DNA of 63,917 nt, filler included, from Lama guanicoe (Eukaryota): assembly GCA_013239625.1 (NCBI GenBank). It is 188 parts of 188 records of this genome, joined end to end, with 100 filler letters (N's around TTAATTAATTAA, not from the genome) between each part and the next. Parts side by side here need not be neighbours in the genome. Positions count along the whole stretch, not along the records: positions 1 to 240 come from PNXV01046312.1; positions 341 to 580 come from PNXV01046313.1; positions 681 to 920 come from PNXV01046314.1; positions 1,021 to 1,260 come from PNXV01046315.1; positions 1,361 to 1,600 come from PNXV01046316.1; positions 1,701 to 1,940 come from PNXV01046317.1; positions 2,041 to 2,280 come from PNXV01046318.1; positions 2,381 to 2,620 come from PNXV01046319.1; 180 more parts are not named here. One strand, given 5' to 3'. The notes under the pieces were generated by a model. The model made no database searches and had not been told where the DNA came from. It was given only the letters and a program-made list of their open reading frames with translations. Positions 1-11,458 of this stretch are shown here, one piece after another; within the stretch, counting starts at the first letter, position 1; each line of letters begins with the position of its first letter. A program made the position numbers and the translations under genes.

Positions 1-240
1 CAGCTAAAGAGCTTAACTAATAATCTAGGAGATAAAGCACAAAAAAAAAGTCTCTTAGAGCATAGTGCAAAGCGGCAGATAGAGATCATGAGAAAAGTTA
101 AAATACAGAGGGTAGATCCCAGAGGTGTAATACCTTTCCAACAGAGTTTTCAGAAAACAAAACAGATACAGTGGAAGTAAGACAGTAATAAAAAAAAATA
201 AAACTTTCATTAGCTAAGGGGAAAAAACATTAATATTCAG

Positions 241-340
241 NNNNNNNNNNNNNNNNNNNNNNNNNNNNNNNNNNNNNNNNNNNNTTAATTAATTAANNNN
301 NNNNNNNNNNNNNNNNNNNNNNNNNNNNNNNNNNNNNNNN
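241..340. other. Artificial contig-joining spacer N44-TTAATTAATTAA-N44 (first of 187 copies, period 339-341 bp)
   Basis: Identical palindromic 12-mer flanked by 44 N on each side between every ~240-bp block; gives TAA in all six frames. Confidence 0.99.
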
Positions 341-1360
341 CACTTACTATCATTTTAATGTTTCCCTTAAAACAAGAAAAATAAGGATGTCCTTTCCTCT
401 CCTAGCTAATATACAAAAAGCTGGATGATGTTTTTAAATATTAAGGACAATGTTCCAGTATAAAGCCCCCAAAAGACTAAAATACAGAGAAGTAATTGCT
501 CTGGGTCTGATAATTTTCTACTAACAAATTAAGCTACAATACAAATAATATCCAGGATTTATGATACTGTGCAAAGGATTNNNNNNNNNNNNNNNNNNNN
601 NNNNNNNNNNNNNNNNNNNNNNNNTTAATTAATTAANNNNNNNNNNNNNNNNNNNNNNNNNNNNNNNNNNNNNNNNNNNNTCTCATGACCACCATACATT
701 AATATTCTAAAGATGTGTACTTGCATGTCCGAGTCTGTGTTGCTTATTCATACATTGCTGCTGAATTCAGGTTAAAACTTTGCCTCCTAAACTGTCCAGG
801 CTGGGGACGATCCCGAATTCAACTTCAAGAAATGGACCAGAGAAACTGATATTCTTTCTTTTCATACTACAACTTACACAGTTTAAGGTCTAGTTTTTCT
901 TTCTTTTTTTAATGTCCGGTNNNNNNNNNNNNNNNNNNNNNNNNNNNNNNNNNNNNNNNNNNNNTTAATTAATTAANNNNNNNNNNNNNNNNNNNNNNNN
1001 NNNNNNNNNNNNNNNNNNNNAAAGCACAACTTTCAGCTCAGCCCGGTCTGTCAGTCCCAAAAGAATAAATTCAGTGACAACCGTAAAATTCTCTTCAGCC
1101 ATTGGTTAATTCTTTATCTTGAAGTCTGAGGTGAAAAATATATGCGAGTTAGAACGGACACAGGAGAATCTGATATTTATTATTCAGAGATAACAGAAAC
1201 ATTATAGGATTCTGTCCTTGGAGCTTGATTAGATTGCTTTGATTTGTGTGTGTGTGTGTGNNNNNNNNNNNNNNNNNNNNNNNNNNNNNNNNNNNNNNNN
1301 NNNNTTAATTAATTAANNNNNNNNNNNNNNNNNNNNNNNNNNNNNNNNNNNNNNNNNNNN

Positions 1361-1600
1361 TTGGTTTCTGGTGAGGGTTTTCTTTCTGGGTTTGTAGATC
1401 GCTGCCTTTTCACGGTGTCCTCATGTTATGAGGAAAGAGAAAAAGATGGCAAATGCTCTGATATCTGATATCTTTAAAAGGGCACTAATCCCACCATGAG
1501 GATGCCATCCTATCATCTCATCTAAACCTAATTATCTTCAAAGACCCCTTTTGCAAGTGTCATCATATTGAAAATTAGGGCTTCAATGTATGAATTTGGG
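1361..1600 (-). mobile_element. MaLR LTR (MLT1-type) fragment
   Basis: Recalled MLT1 reverse-strand motifs: ggtttctggtgaggg, aagggcactaatcccaccatgag, tcatctaaacctaattatct, ttagggcttcaatgtatgaatttggg. Confidence 0.8.
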
Positions 1601-1700
1601 NNNNNNNNNNNNNNNNNNNNNNNNNNNNNNNNNNNNNNNNNNNNTTAATTAATTAANNNNNNNNNNNNNNNNNNNNNNNNNNNNNNNNNNNNNNNNNNNN

Positions 1701-1940
1701 TATTACAAGGTATTGAATATAGTTCCCTGTGCTATAGTTCCCAGTAGGTCCTGGTTGTTTACCTATTTTATATATTTTAGTTAGTATCTGCTAATCTCAA
1801 ACTCCTTAATGCCATTTGCAGCAACATGGATAAACCTCGGGATGATCATATTAAGTGAAGTAAGTCAGACAGAGAAAGACAAATATCAACTGATTTCACT
1901 TATATGTGGAATCTTAAAATAATAATAATAATAATAATAA
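1701..1940. mobile_element. L1 3' region with an inversion junction near 1806/1807
   Basis: 1701-1806 is antisense L1 3'UTR (matches the reverse complement of part of contig 11219-11458); 1807-1917 is sense upstream L1 sequence (taatgccatttgcagcaacatgga...gtggaatc), followed by (AAT)n. Confidence 0.85.
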
Positions 1941-2380
1941 NNNNNNNNNNNNNNNNNNNNNNNNNNNNNNNNNNNNNNNNNNNNTTAATTAATTAANNNN
2001 NNNNNNNNNNNNNNNNNNNNNNNNNNNNNNNNNNNNNNNNATTCCTTCAGAAATGTATTATCTAATACTTATAGAAAATTGCTGTCTTTCTGTGAGTATA
2101 TGAACTTTTGTAAGGTGGAAGGGTGAGAATGTTGTATCTTTGCCAACATGCAAAGCTGATAAAAGATTTAACTCAAGGAGTTTAGCTAATTAAATCATTA
2201 ACTGATGCGAGTAAACTCTTAATGAGTGTGATATTTTGGATCGGGGAATTCAAGTGCATTTTAGGATGCTTTTAATGAGANNNNNNNNNNNNNNNNNNNN
2301 NNNNNNNNNNNNNNNNNNNNNNNNTTAATTAATTAANNNNNNNNNNNNNNNNNNNNNNNNNNNNNNNNNNNNNNNNNNNN

Positions 2381-2620
2381 CAGTGGAATAAACCAGTGGG
2401 GAATAGTCCGCGGTGCATGCCCCTGTGGAATAATCCATTGGGGTCTACGCCACGCTACATGACCCAATGGAATAAACAAGTAGGGCATACGCCCCGGTGC
2501 ATGCCCCAGTGGAATAAAACAGTAGGAAATAGAGGGCGGTGCATGGCCTAGTGGAATAAACTAGTGGTGTCTACGCCACGGTGCATGCCCCAGTGGAATA
2601 AAATATTAGGAAATAGACCG
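2381..2620 (+). repeat. 42-bp tandem satellite (consensus ~CAGTGGAATAAACCAGTGGGGAATACGCCGCGGTGCATGCCC)
   Basis: Units start at 2381, 2423, 2465, 2507, 2549 and 2591; same family at 17679 and 42877. Confidence 0.95.
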
Positions 2621-2720
2621 NNNNNNNNNNNNNNNNNNNNNNNNNNNNNNNNNNNNNNNNNNNNTTAATTAATTAANNNNNNNNNNNNNNNNNNNNNNNN
2701 NNNNNNNNNNNNNNNNNNNN

Positions 2721-2774
2721 CACTGCCGCCGCTCGGGTGATGCCCGTTGATCCAGTCTGACCAGCAGCACGGCA
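2721..2774 (-). CDS. MUC2: Mucin-2-like CysD1 domain, 5' part of exon (partial)
   Basis: Minus-strand acceptor cttgctttctcag, then xPCCWSDWINGHHPSGGS; resembles recalled MUC2 CysD1 LCCLWSDWINEDHPSSGS with its WxxW motif; absent from the ORF track. Confidence 0.8.
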
Positions 2775-3740
2775 CTGAGAAAGCAAGTTGCGGGGTGGTT
2801 ATCCAGGCCTGGGGAGACACCTTTCAGGAGGTCAGCGGACTTGGGGAACTCTGACACCCCCACGACCAGCTGTCACCGTCATTGTTTCGAACGCAGCACA
2901 GGCTCAGAGAGCTTACAACTTAGACCTAAACGCCAATCCTCCTTTTGCAAGTGAACACCCNNNNNNNNNNNNNNNNNNNNNNNNNNNNNNNNNNNNNNNN
3001 NNNNTTAATTAATTAANNNNNNNNNNNNNNNNNNNNNNNNNNNNNNNNNNNNNNNNNNNNACTTAATCTCCTTATTTCATCATATGTAAAACTTCAATAA
3101 TCTTAGCTTCTTCCTGTTTGTTGTCTCAATATCCTGTTGGGAGTTAAATGTTAATGATTTTCACTGAGCCCTCTGCAGCATTTCTTGCATTCTATTGATA
3201 TTGCATTCAGTCTCTAATTGTGATTGTCCACTTTGCATTGGCTGTGTACAGAGTTTCTGGACTAGAGTTTCTTTGGTTTTAAATTATTCTATACTGTGCA
3301 NNNNNNNNNNNNNNNNNNNNNNNNNNNNNNNNNNNNNNNNNNNNTTAATTAATTAANNNNNNNNNNNNNNNNNNNNNNNNNNNNNNNNNNNNNNNNNNNN
3401 GACCAATTTGGCATTTTGCCAATAGAGCACGTGTGGGGCTGAATCAAAGTTATCATGCATCTGGTCTGACGGATATAGGGGGTCTTGGTTTTGAAATCAG
3501 AATGAAAAAATTTAGGATCTGCTACATTCATAACCTGGGCTGGGACTATGGTTTGGTTTTAGGCACAGGATATGCAACAGCTCTGTGATTACTTTCGTGC
3601 ACCAATGCCACTAGGATGAGAGGACAAGGAAAAGTGGTCANNNNNNNNNNNNNNNNNNNNNNNNNNNNNNNNNNNNNNNNNNNNTTAATTAATTAANNNN
3701 NNNNNNNNNNNNNNNNNNNNNNNNNNNNNNNNNNNNNNNN

Positions 3741-3980
3741 CACAGAGGATGTGTGCCATCTTGCTCATTCTCCAGCCTAAGACACATGTCCACTAGTGTG
3801 TGGTGGCTAGGTGCTGACCTGGGCTTCAGAGGAAAGACTCCAGGGAGAGAAGTGGGGTTGGCTGGGTGGAGACAGCCTGAAGGGGCTGGAGTGTGGTACA
3901 GGCCACAACTGAGAGAGTGTGAAAGGGAGCCTGCATCTGCCATAAAGAGCCCCACAGTTAACAAGCACACACAAAGGGAG
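3741..3980 (+). mobile_element. Probable L1 5'UTR fragment (cetartiodactyl type)
   Basis: ggggttggctgggtggagacagcctgaaggggctggagtgtgg resembles recalled artiodactyl L1 5'UTR sequence. Confidence 0.5.
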
Positions 3981-4420
3981 NNNNNNNNNNNNNNNNNNNN
4001 NNNNNNNNNNNNNNNNNNNNNNNNTTAATTAATTAANNNNNNNNNNNNNNNNNNNNNNNNNNNNNNNNNNNNNNNNNNNNGTATTTTTTCCTATTATCTA
4101 CTTTGGCTAATACAACTCCAAATCTACCAAATTGTCTCATATAGCTGACTTTCTAACACCTATTGTGGGATATTAAACAATAACAAAACAAAACCTCATC
4201 TTTTTTAAAAAATCCTAGAATTTGTAGGAAGGGTTAACAGCAAGCAGTTCATTTTTTTATTTTGGTGACAGTCTTTTGCAAAAGACCCCAAAGTGACATC
4301 AATAATTTGCATAATGCCTANNNNNNNNNNNNNNNNNNNNNNNNNNNNNNNNNNNNNNNNNNNNTTAATTAATTAANNNNNNNNNNNNNNNNNNNNNNNN
4401 NNNNNNNNNNNNNNNNNNNN

Positions 4421-4659
4421 GTAAAACCGAGTTGGTGCTTGTACCTCCCCATATATATGTATGTAGTGTTGCTTGCAACTAAAGTGAAACTTTAATTGAA
4501 GGACAGCTTTCACACACGCTTAGCACCCAAAAGTGAGCATGTGGAGATACGTTCGTTCATTTAGCACCATGGAAGAGGTTGCAGGAGAAACACTTACTCT
4601 GGTTTATAAGTCTGCTTCCAAGTGCCGGTTAGATGGTCCTGCCATTTTCACTGTAAATC
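4421..4659 (+). repeat. Satellite monomer, about 232-bp unit
   Basis: Starts gtaaaacc and re-enters gtaaatc at 4653; circularly permuted homolog at 15299-15538. Confidence 0.85.
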
Positions 4660-5779
4660 NNNNNNNNNNNNNNNNNNNNNNNNNNNNNNNNNNNNNNNNN
4701 NNNTTAATTAATTAANNNNNNNNNNNNNNNNNNNNNNNNNNNNNNNNNNNNNNNNNNNNCCAAGGGGAATGCACTGTGTTTGGAGACTGGACCCCAGAAG
4801 CCTCGAACCGTGTGCTCCTCCCAGGAGGGAGGGAGCAGACTAGGTGCGCACTAAGGTGGCGCTGGAAGGGGTCGGGGAGGGGAGCAGGGAGGCAGAGAGA
4901 AAGCGATGACCTCCGGCCTCGGCTGCCTGGACCCCTGGCCACGTCCCCAAGGTTCCCAGTTCCCAGGTGGCCTGGCTGCAAGTTCTCATCAGTGTGACCN
5001 NNNNNNNNNNNNNNNNNNNNNNNNNNNNNNNNNNNNNNNNNNNTTAATTAATTAANNNNNNNNNNNNNNNNNNNNNNNNNNNNNNNNNNNNNNNNNNNNA
5101 AAGCTCTATGTACTGAATAAACCTATATACATGTCCTTGAATCTACTTTTCAAAGTAACCACTCTATTGAAATATGTTTAAAAAAGGAAAAAAATGTCAT
5201 ATTTCACCATAAAACTCCCTTTTTGAGTAAAAACAAGGCTAGGAACTATATACACAATCTAAAGGTATAGGCCCAAAGTGAAGAGCTGATAAAATCTGAC
5301 AGGTAAAGGGAACTTGCTTTTCTTCCCTTCACCCACCAANNNNNNNNNNNNNNNNNNNNNNNNNNNNNNNNNNNNNNNNNNNNTTAATTAATTAANNNNN
5401 NNNNNNNNNNNNNNNNNNNNNNNNNNNNNNNNNNNNNNNGCAGCCATCCAACTCCTGCTGGGAACTGAATGACAAAAGGAATAGTGGATGGTGTCAGAAG
5501 GGACAGACTGCTGGAGGTCACGAGTGGTGGAATAAAGCTGTTTTTCTCAACGAGGTAATAATAATTCTCCAAGACAAGTAACGGTTCAGAGAGTATCTCA
5601 TTTAATTGTACGTTACTAAATATTCCAAGAAATCTTTGCTCAGCAGCCTCAAAGAGAAAGTTGAGTGGCTGAGATTTTTNNNNNNNNNNNNNNNNNNNNN
5701 NNNNNNNNNNNNNNNNNNNNNNNTTAATTAATTAANNNNNNNNNNNNNNNNNNNNNNNNNNNNNNNNNNNNNNNNNNNN

Positions 5780-6019
5780 TATCTCTTGATCTTAAACTCC
5801 TAATTTATCCCTACTCTGCCCTTTACCCTTTGGTAGCCATGAGTTTTCTGTATCTGTGAGTCTATTTCTTGTTTATAAATAAAATTTGTACTGTTTTTAA
5901 AAAATTCGACATATAAGTGATAACATATGGTATTTGACTTTTTCTGTCTGACTTACTTTATTTAATAGGATAATCTCTAGGTACATCCATGTTCCTGCAA
6001 ATGACATTATTTCACTTTA
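5780..6019 (-). mobile_element. L1 3'UTR fragment
   Basis: aaactcctaatttatccc, ctgtgagtctatttct, tctgacttacttta, ctctaggtacatccatgttcctgcaaatgacatt. Confidence 0.9.
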
Positions 6020-9000
6020 NNNNNNNNNNNNNNNNNNNNNNNNNNNNNNNNNNNNNNNNNNNNTTAATTAATTAANNNNNNNNNNNNNNNNNNNNNNNNN
6101 NNNNNNNNNNNNNNNNNNNGCATTGGTATATTAATCCCAGAAAGGATCCTTACTGAAAATGGATGTGCCGGTGGAAAGAAAGGAAAGCCACTGCCTCTTC
6201 CACTAGCCTTCTTGTAGGTGGAAGAAATACCTGCTGAATCACGGACGGCGTGTTGAGCTTCAAGCGATCTTTCCGGAAAAAGAATGACTACTTGAGAAAT
6301 AATTTAGTCTGAAAGTTGCTGAATCTTTCCCGTCGGCATAACTTATTAATACCCTCAATNNNNNNNNNNNNNNNNNNNNNNNNNNNNNNNNNNNNNNNNN
6401 NNNTTAATTAATTAANNNNNNNNNNNNNNNNNNNNNNNNNNNNNNNNNNNNNNNNNNNNAAAAGAAATGAGGTTTGAGAAAAGGGAAAGTGTCAAAGGCA
6501 GAGGAGAAAGAGGAAAGGAGAAAAGGTTCCAGAAAACAAATCAAAGGACAGGCTAGACTATTAAACAAATTGTTAACCTCCCATGTGCCAGATGTCAGGT
6601 AAATTCCTAAAAGTAATGCCATATATGTAACTGAGTCATCTTTGCCAAATATAGAACTCAGGGAGAGAAAAGTATGTCAGAACAAGACAGAGGGAGATGN
6701 NNNNNNNNNNNNNNNNNNNNNNNNNNNNNNNNNNNNNNNNNNNTTAATTAATTAANNNNNNNNNNNNNNNNNNNNNNNNNNNNNNNNNNNNNNNNNNNNG
6801 TATTTATTGATTACCAGCTGTGTGCAAGACTTTGTTCTTAAGCCCTGGAGAAATGGCAGAGACCAAGGTAGACAAGAACCCTGCTCTCAGATCAGTCTAC
6901 CTTTCTATCCCATTGCCTCTGCTTTAACAAAGGTGCTTTCCTTTTCCTTCCTGTCCCGTGGAGCTGTCTTGATCAAGGTCCACAGAAGACATGATGTTTA
7001 AACCAGCCCTTGAAAAATGAGTAGACTTTGGACAGGCAANNNNNNNNNNNNNNNNNNNNNNNNNNNNNNNNNNNNNNNNNNNNTTAATTAATTAANNNNN
7101 NNNNNNNNNNNNNNNNNNNNNNNNNNNNNNNNNNNNNNNGTTCTGCTGAAAAGGGCTATTCGTGGTCAGTGTTTGAGACCCGTGCTGTGTGGTCTGAGAA
7201 TGTCTGGTGCTCTTGTCATGACAGTTCAAGATTTAAGCAGTCATAGTGCCTTCGGGAGTCCTCGCAAAATGTGGTCCTCCTCTTCCTCTCTTTCTGTTTC
7301 TCTGCTGCTTCCTCCCTTCTTCCTTCTCTGTCTCCCTTTCTGTCCCTTCCCTTTTGATTTCTCTTTCTCCATATTTATGNNNNNNNNNNNNNNNNNNNNN
7401 NNNNNNNNNNNNNNNNNNNNNNNTTAATTAATTAANNNNNNNNNNNNNNNNNNNNNNNNNNNNNNNNNNNNNNNNNNNNTCTGCCAGCCATTGCCACGCT
7501 CACCCCCGAGGCCCAGGCTGAGGAACATAAGGGGCTGCTCTCAGAACCCAGTGCCTTCCCCTGTGCTTCCCAGAGCCTGCCAGCTGGGGAGACAGAGAGG
7601 TGGCCACAGGGCCTATGCTCCTCTGGAGACTTCCTCCTCAGGCTCCCTACCCAGGGCAGATCTCGAAATGCCTGGTCACAGAGCTGTGGAGACAGACAGA
7701 CTGGCCAAATGCAATCAGGNNNNNNNNNNNNNNNNNNNNNNNNNNNNNNNNNNNNNNNNNNNNTTAATTAATTAANNNNNNNNNNNNNNNNNNNNNNNNN
7801 NNNNNNNNNNNNNNNNNNNTCAGTATCGAGAGCACACAGAAATGTAGTCACAGTGTTCATATAAACACGTCTTTAGTAGTTAGCATTGCCTTATCACCAT
7901 ACTCTTTGAAGTGTAGACGGCGTGGCTCCAGAGCCCAGCCTCAGCTGTGTCGCACGGCAGTCACGCGCTGTGTGCTTGCACACGTTAACATCTGTGTTTA
8001 CGTCTCTTGCGTAAGATGAGAATGGTGATTTCCAGGCTCACAAGAGTCACCAAAATGGANNNNNNNNNNNNNNNNNNNNNNNNNNNNNNNNNNNNNNNNN
8101 NNNTTAATTAATTAANNNNNNNNNNNNNNNNNNNNNNNNNNNNNNNNNNNNNNNNNNNNTCGAGAGACAACTCCACGCAGCTCTCTTCAATCACAGGTGT
8201 TCCCTGTAAGGGGAAGCCCGAGAAATAACTTCCCTTACCTTGGGGAGGCAGCCTCTGACCCTGGGATTTCCTGCAAACCACCCTAGCATTCCCTAGCACA
8301 GAGAAATTACAAAAAACCTCAGAAGAGACGAGCTTAGGCATTCCGTTAAAACCCACGTGCTGCCGACCGTTGGAGGAACCTCCCCACGCTCAGGATTCNN
8401 NNNNNNNNNNNNNNNNNNNNNNNNNNNNNNNNNNNNNNNNNNTTAATTAATTAANNNNNNNNNNNNNNNNNNNNNNNNNNNNNNNNNNNNNNNNNNNNGG
8501 GAAAACACTTCCACCCAAGGCCAAAGTCCCAGTGACACAGGAGGCAGGGGCTTCTTCATGGGTTGGATGACAATGACAAATTCACACAACCACAGCCCTG
8601 CCAGCTGACCTTTCCGTGATCCAGGTCCCCAGAAAGCAATATCCATGAAGGTCTCCCTCTGTTCCTACCCTCCTAGGCCTGATCCTCTATTGACCCCAGT
8701 GTGCAGGGGGGCAAACTGAGGCTTTGAGAGGTAGAGGANNNNNNNNNNNNNNNNNNNNNNNNNNNNNNNNNNNNNNNNNNNNTTAATTAATTAANNNNNN
8801 NNNNNNNNNNNNNNNNNNNNNNNNNNNNNNNNNNNNNNGCTTGCTGCTGCATTAAGGGACCTGTCACTCAGTTTAGAAGCTGCTTCCAGAGCAGGACAAT
8901 CCCCATCATAATTTAAGGAACGGAAGGTAAATTGAGCTTAATTATTAACATAATGATTGATGGTTTTGGTCCATTCAACAAAGTAATAGTCTTAATTCAA

Positions 9001-9858
9001 ATCCATGTGTTAATTTTGGCTTTTTTAGCTTAAAGTACAGGCTAAATTGCCTTGAGACTGTGATGGAACTGGTTAAATNNNNNNNNNNNNNNNNNNNNNN
9101 NNNNNNNNNNNNNNNNNNNNNNTTAATTAATTAANNNNNNNNNNNNNNNNNNNNNNNNNNNNNNNNNNNNNNNNNNNNTCAATTTAACTGCAGGTTTCAG
9201 GAGAAAAGGTGACAATGTCAGCATGAAGTTATGACAGCTTGCACTGTCTAATAAAACAAAACTTCTATACTTTACACTTACCAGCATGGATTCCTGACTC
9301 CTGGAGGGAGCCCTGAGCCAACTTTCTAAATTGCCTGGAGTATCCTCAAGGCACCAGAGTGGATCTCAATGCTTTCCTTGGAGGAAGGTCTGGGTTGCAA
9401 TGAGGAGCCAGCGCTGACNNNNNNNNNNNNNNNNNNNNNNNNNNNNNNNNNNNNNNNNNNNNTTAATTAATTAANNNNNNNNNNNNNNNNNNNNNNNNNN
9501 NNNNNNNNNNNNNNNNNNGAACATGAAAACGTTTCTGTAGATTGGTTTCAAGGAGATAAACTCCCCTCTATGTTTACAAAGATATCCGGTAAATGACGGT
9601 CGCCAGGCAGTTTAGGTCTATAACGCGGCTCTAAACATAAATGGCTCATTCTGTGTGTTTGACTCTAACTTTCCATAGCCCCTGGCTTCTCTCTCCCTCT
9701 TTCTTCTCTCTCTCTACACCTCTTTCTCACTCAGTCTCTCTACAAACACACACACACANNNNNNNNNNNNNNNNNNNNNNNNNNNNNNNNNNNNNNNNNN
9801 NNTTAATTAATTAANNNNNNNNNNNNNNNNNNNNNNNNNNNNNNNNNNNNNNNNNNNN

Positions 9859-10098
9859 TTTTCTATTTTTTAATCTCTATTTCAATTATTTCTTCCTTGA
9901 TCTTTATATTTTCCATCTTTCTGTTGACTTTTGGTTTTGATTGCTCTTCTTTATTGATTTGTTTACATAGAACGTTAGATTATTTATTTGAAATTGTTCT
10001 TCTAATTTGAGGATGGCCCTCTCACTATGAACTTCCCTCTTAAGCCTGTTTTAACAGTATTCCATAGACTTTGTGTTGTGTTTTGTCATATTTCTCAA
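9859..10098 (-). mobile_element. L1 ORF2 fragment (degraded)
   Basis: T-rich antisense L1 motifs ccttgatctttat, ctatgaacttccctctta, gtattccatagact. Confidence 0.8.
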
Positions 10099-10198
10099 NN
10101 NNNNNNNNNNNNNNNNNNNNNNNNNNNNNNNNNNNNNNNNNNTTAATTAATTAANNNNNNNNNNNNNNNNNNNNNNNNNNNNNNNNNNNNNNNNNNNN

Positions 10199-10430
10199 GC
10201 ACACCGGGACTTCTCACTCTTTACTCCGCTTTGCTTTTTCCACGGCACTTGGTATATTCTGCAATTTTAAATGATTTAATTGTATGTTATGTTCACTGTT
10301 AATTGCCTGCTTTTCTCCACTCAGATATAAGCACCACAAGCCCAGTGATGTCTGCTTGTCCTGGTTGCCCATGTCTCCCAGTGCCTGGTACATGATGAGT
10401 GATTGTTTAATAGATACATACTGAAAAAAA
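10199..10430 (+). mobile_element. L2 3' end remnant
   Basis: ctccactcagatataagcaccacaag...tgtctcccagtgcctggtacatgat resembles the L2 tail. Confidence 0.6.
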
Positions 10431-11218
10431 AGTTTATTNNNNNNNNNNNNNNNNNNNNNNNNNNNNNNNNNNNNNNNNNNNNTTAATTAATTAANNNNNN
10501 NNNNNNNNNNNNNNNNNNNNNNNNNNNNNNNNNNNNNNTTTTTCCTTCCTTCTTCCTTTCCCAGAGGCAACATGGGCCTGCTTTTCACTGTCCTTTCCCA
10601 GTGTGAGAAATACCTTTTCCCTGGTTAATAAATGGTGCTCAAGGGACGCAGCTGGCTGAAAGGACAGACAGATGGACAGACAGAAATTAAGATCCTCACA
10701 TAAACAAGGTGTAGGACATAACCCGTCAAACCCAGCAGGTTTCCCTGTGGCTCCAGATCTACAGTGTGTCTGTCCCCCNNNNNNNNNNNNNNNNNNNNNN
10801 NNNNNNNNNNNNNNNNNNNNNNTTAATTAATTAANNNNNNNNNNNNNNNNNNNNNNNNNNNNNNNNNNNNNNNNNNNNAGTAATGTGTGAATGAATGAAT
10901 CAGCCAATCAATCCAAGTACTCAACCTTTTTTTTTTTTTAACTTAGAAAGGCGTGGCCTTTCGAACCCATATCTCCGTGCACTTGGGTCCAGTGTTGCAT
11001 TTGGTAGCTCAGCCACATCCCATCGTCTGGGATGTTTCTGTGCTTAGTGACCATTCTTGCTGGGGGCCACTTCGTCACTGAGAAAGTCCCCTCCTTCAAT
11101 GTTTTTCTATAACACTGTNNNNNNNNNNNNNNNNNNNNNNNNNNNNNNNNNNNNNNNNNNNNTTAATTAATTAANNNNNNNNNNNNNNNNNNNNNNNNNN
11201 NNNNNNNNNNNNNNNNNN

Positions 11219-11458
11219 ATCTAAAACAAAGACATACAAACTTATCTACAAAACAGAAAAAGACTCACAGACACAGAAAATAAACTTATGGTTACCAGGG
11301 GGCAAGGGAGTGGGAAGGAATAAACTGGGAGTGGAAATTTGCAGATACTAACTACTGTATATAAAATAGACAAACAATAAGTTTATACTGTATATAGCAC
11401 AGGGAACTCTATTCAATATCTTGTAGCAACTTATGGTGAAAAAGAATATGAAAACAAA
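11219..11458 (+). mobile_element. L1 3'UTR fragment (relatively young family)
   Basis: acaaaacagaaaaagactcacagac, aaacttatggttaccagggg, gcagatactaactact, agcacagggaactctattcaatatcttgta. Confidence 0.92.

Noticed and set aside
800..849. Possible terminal exon encoding WGRSRIQLQEMDQRN*
   Set aside because: Weak pyrimidine tract and peptide not recognised; insufficient support
5440..5679. Minus frame open across the whole contig (KSQPLNFLFEAAEQRFLG...AGVGWL)
   Set aside because: No recognisable protein or splice sites; some 79-codon open frames are expected by chance among 188 contigs in six frames
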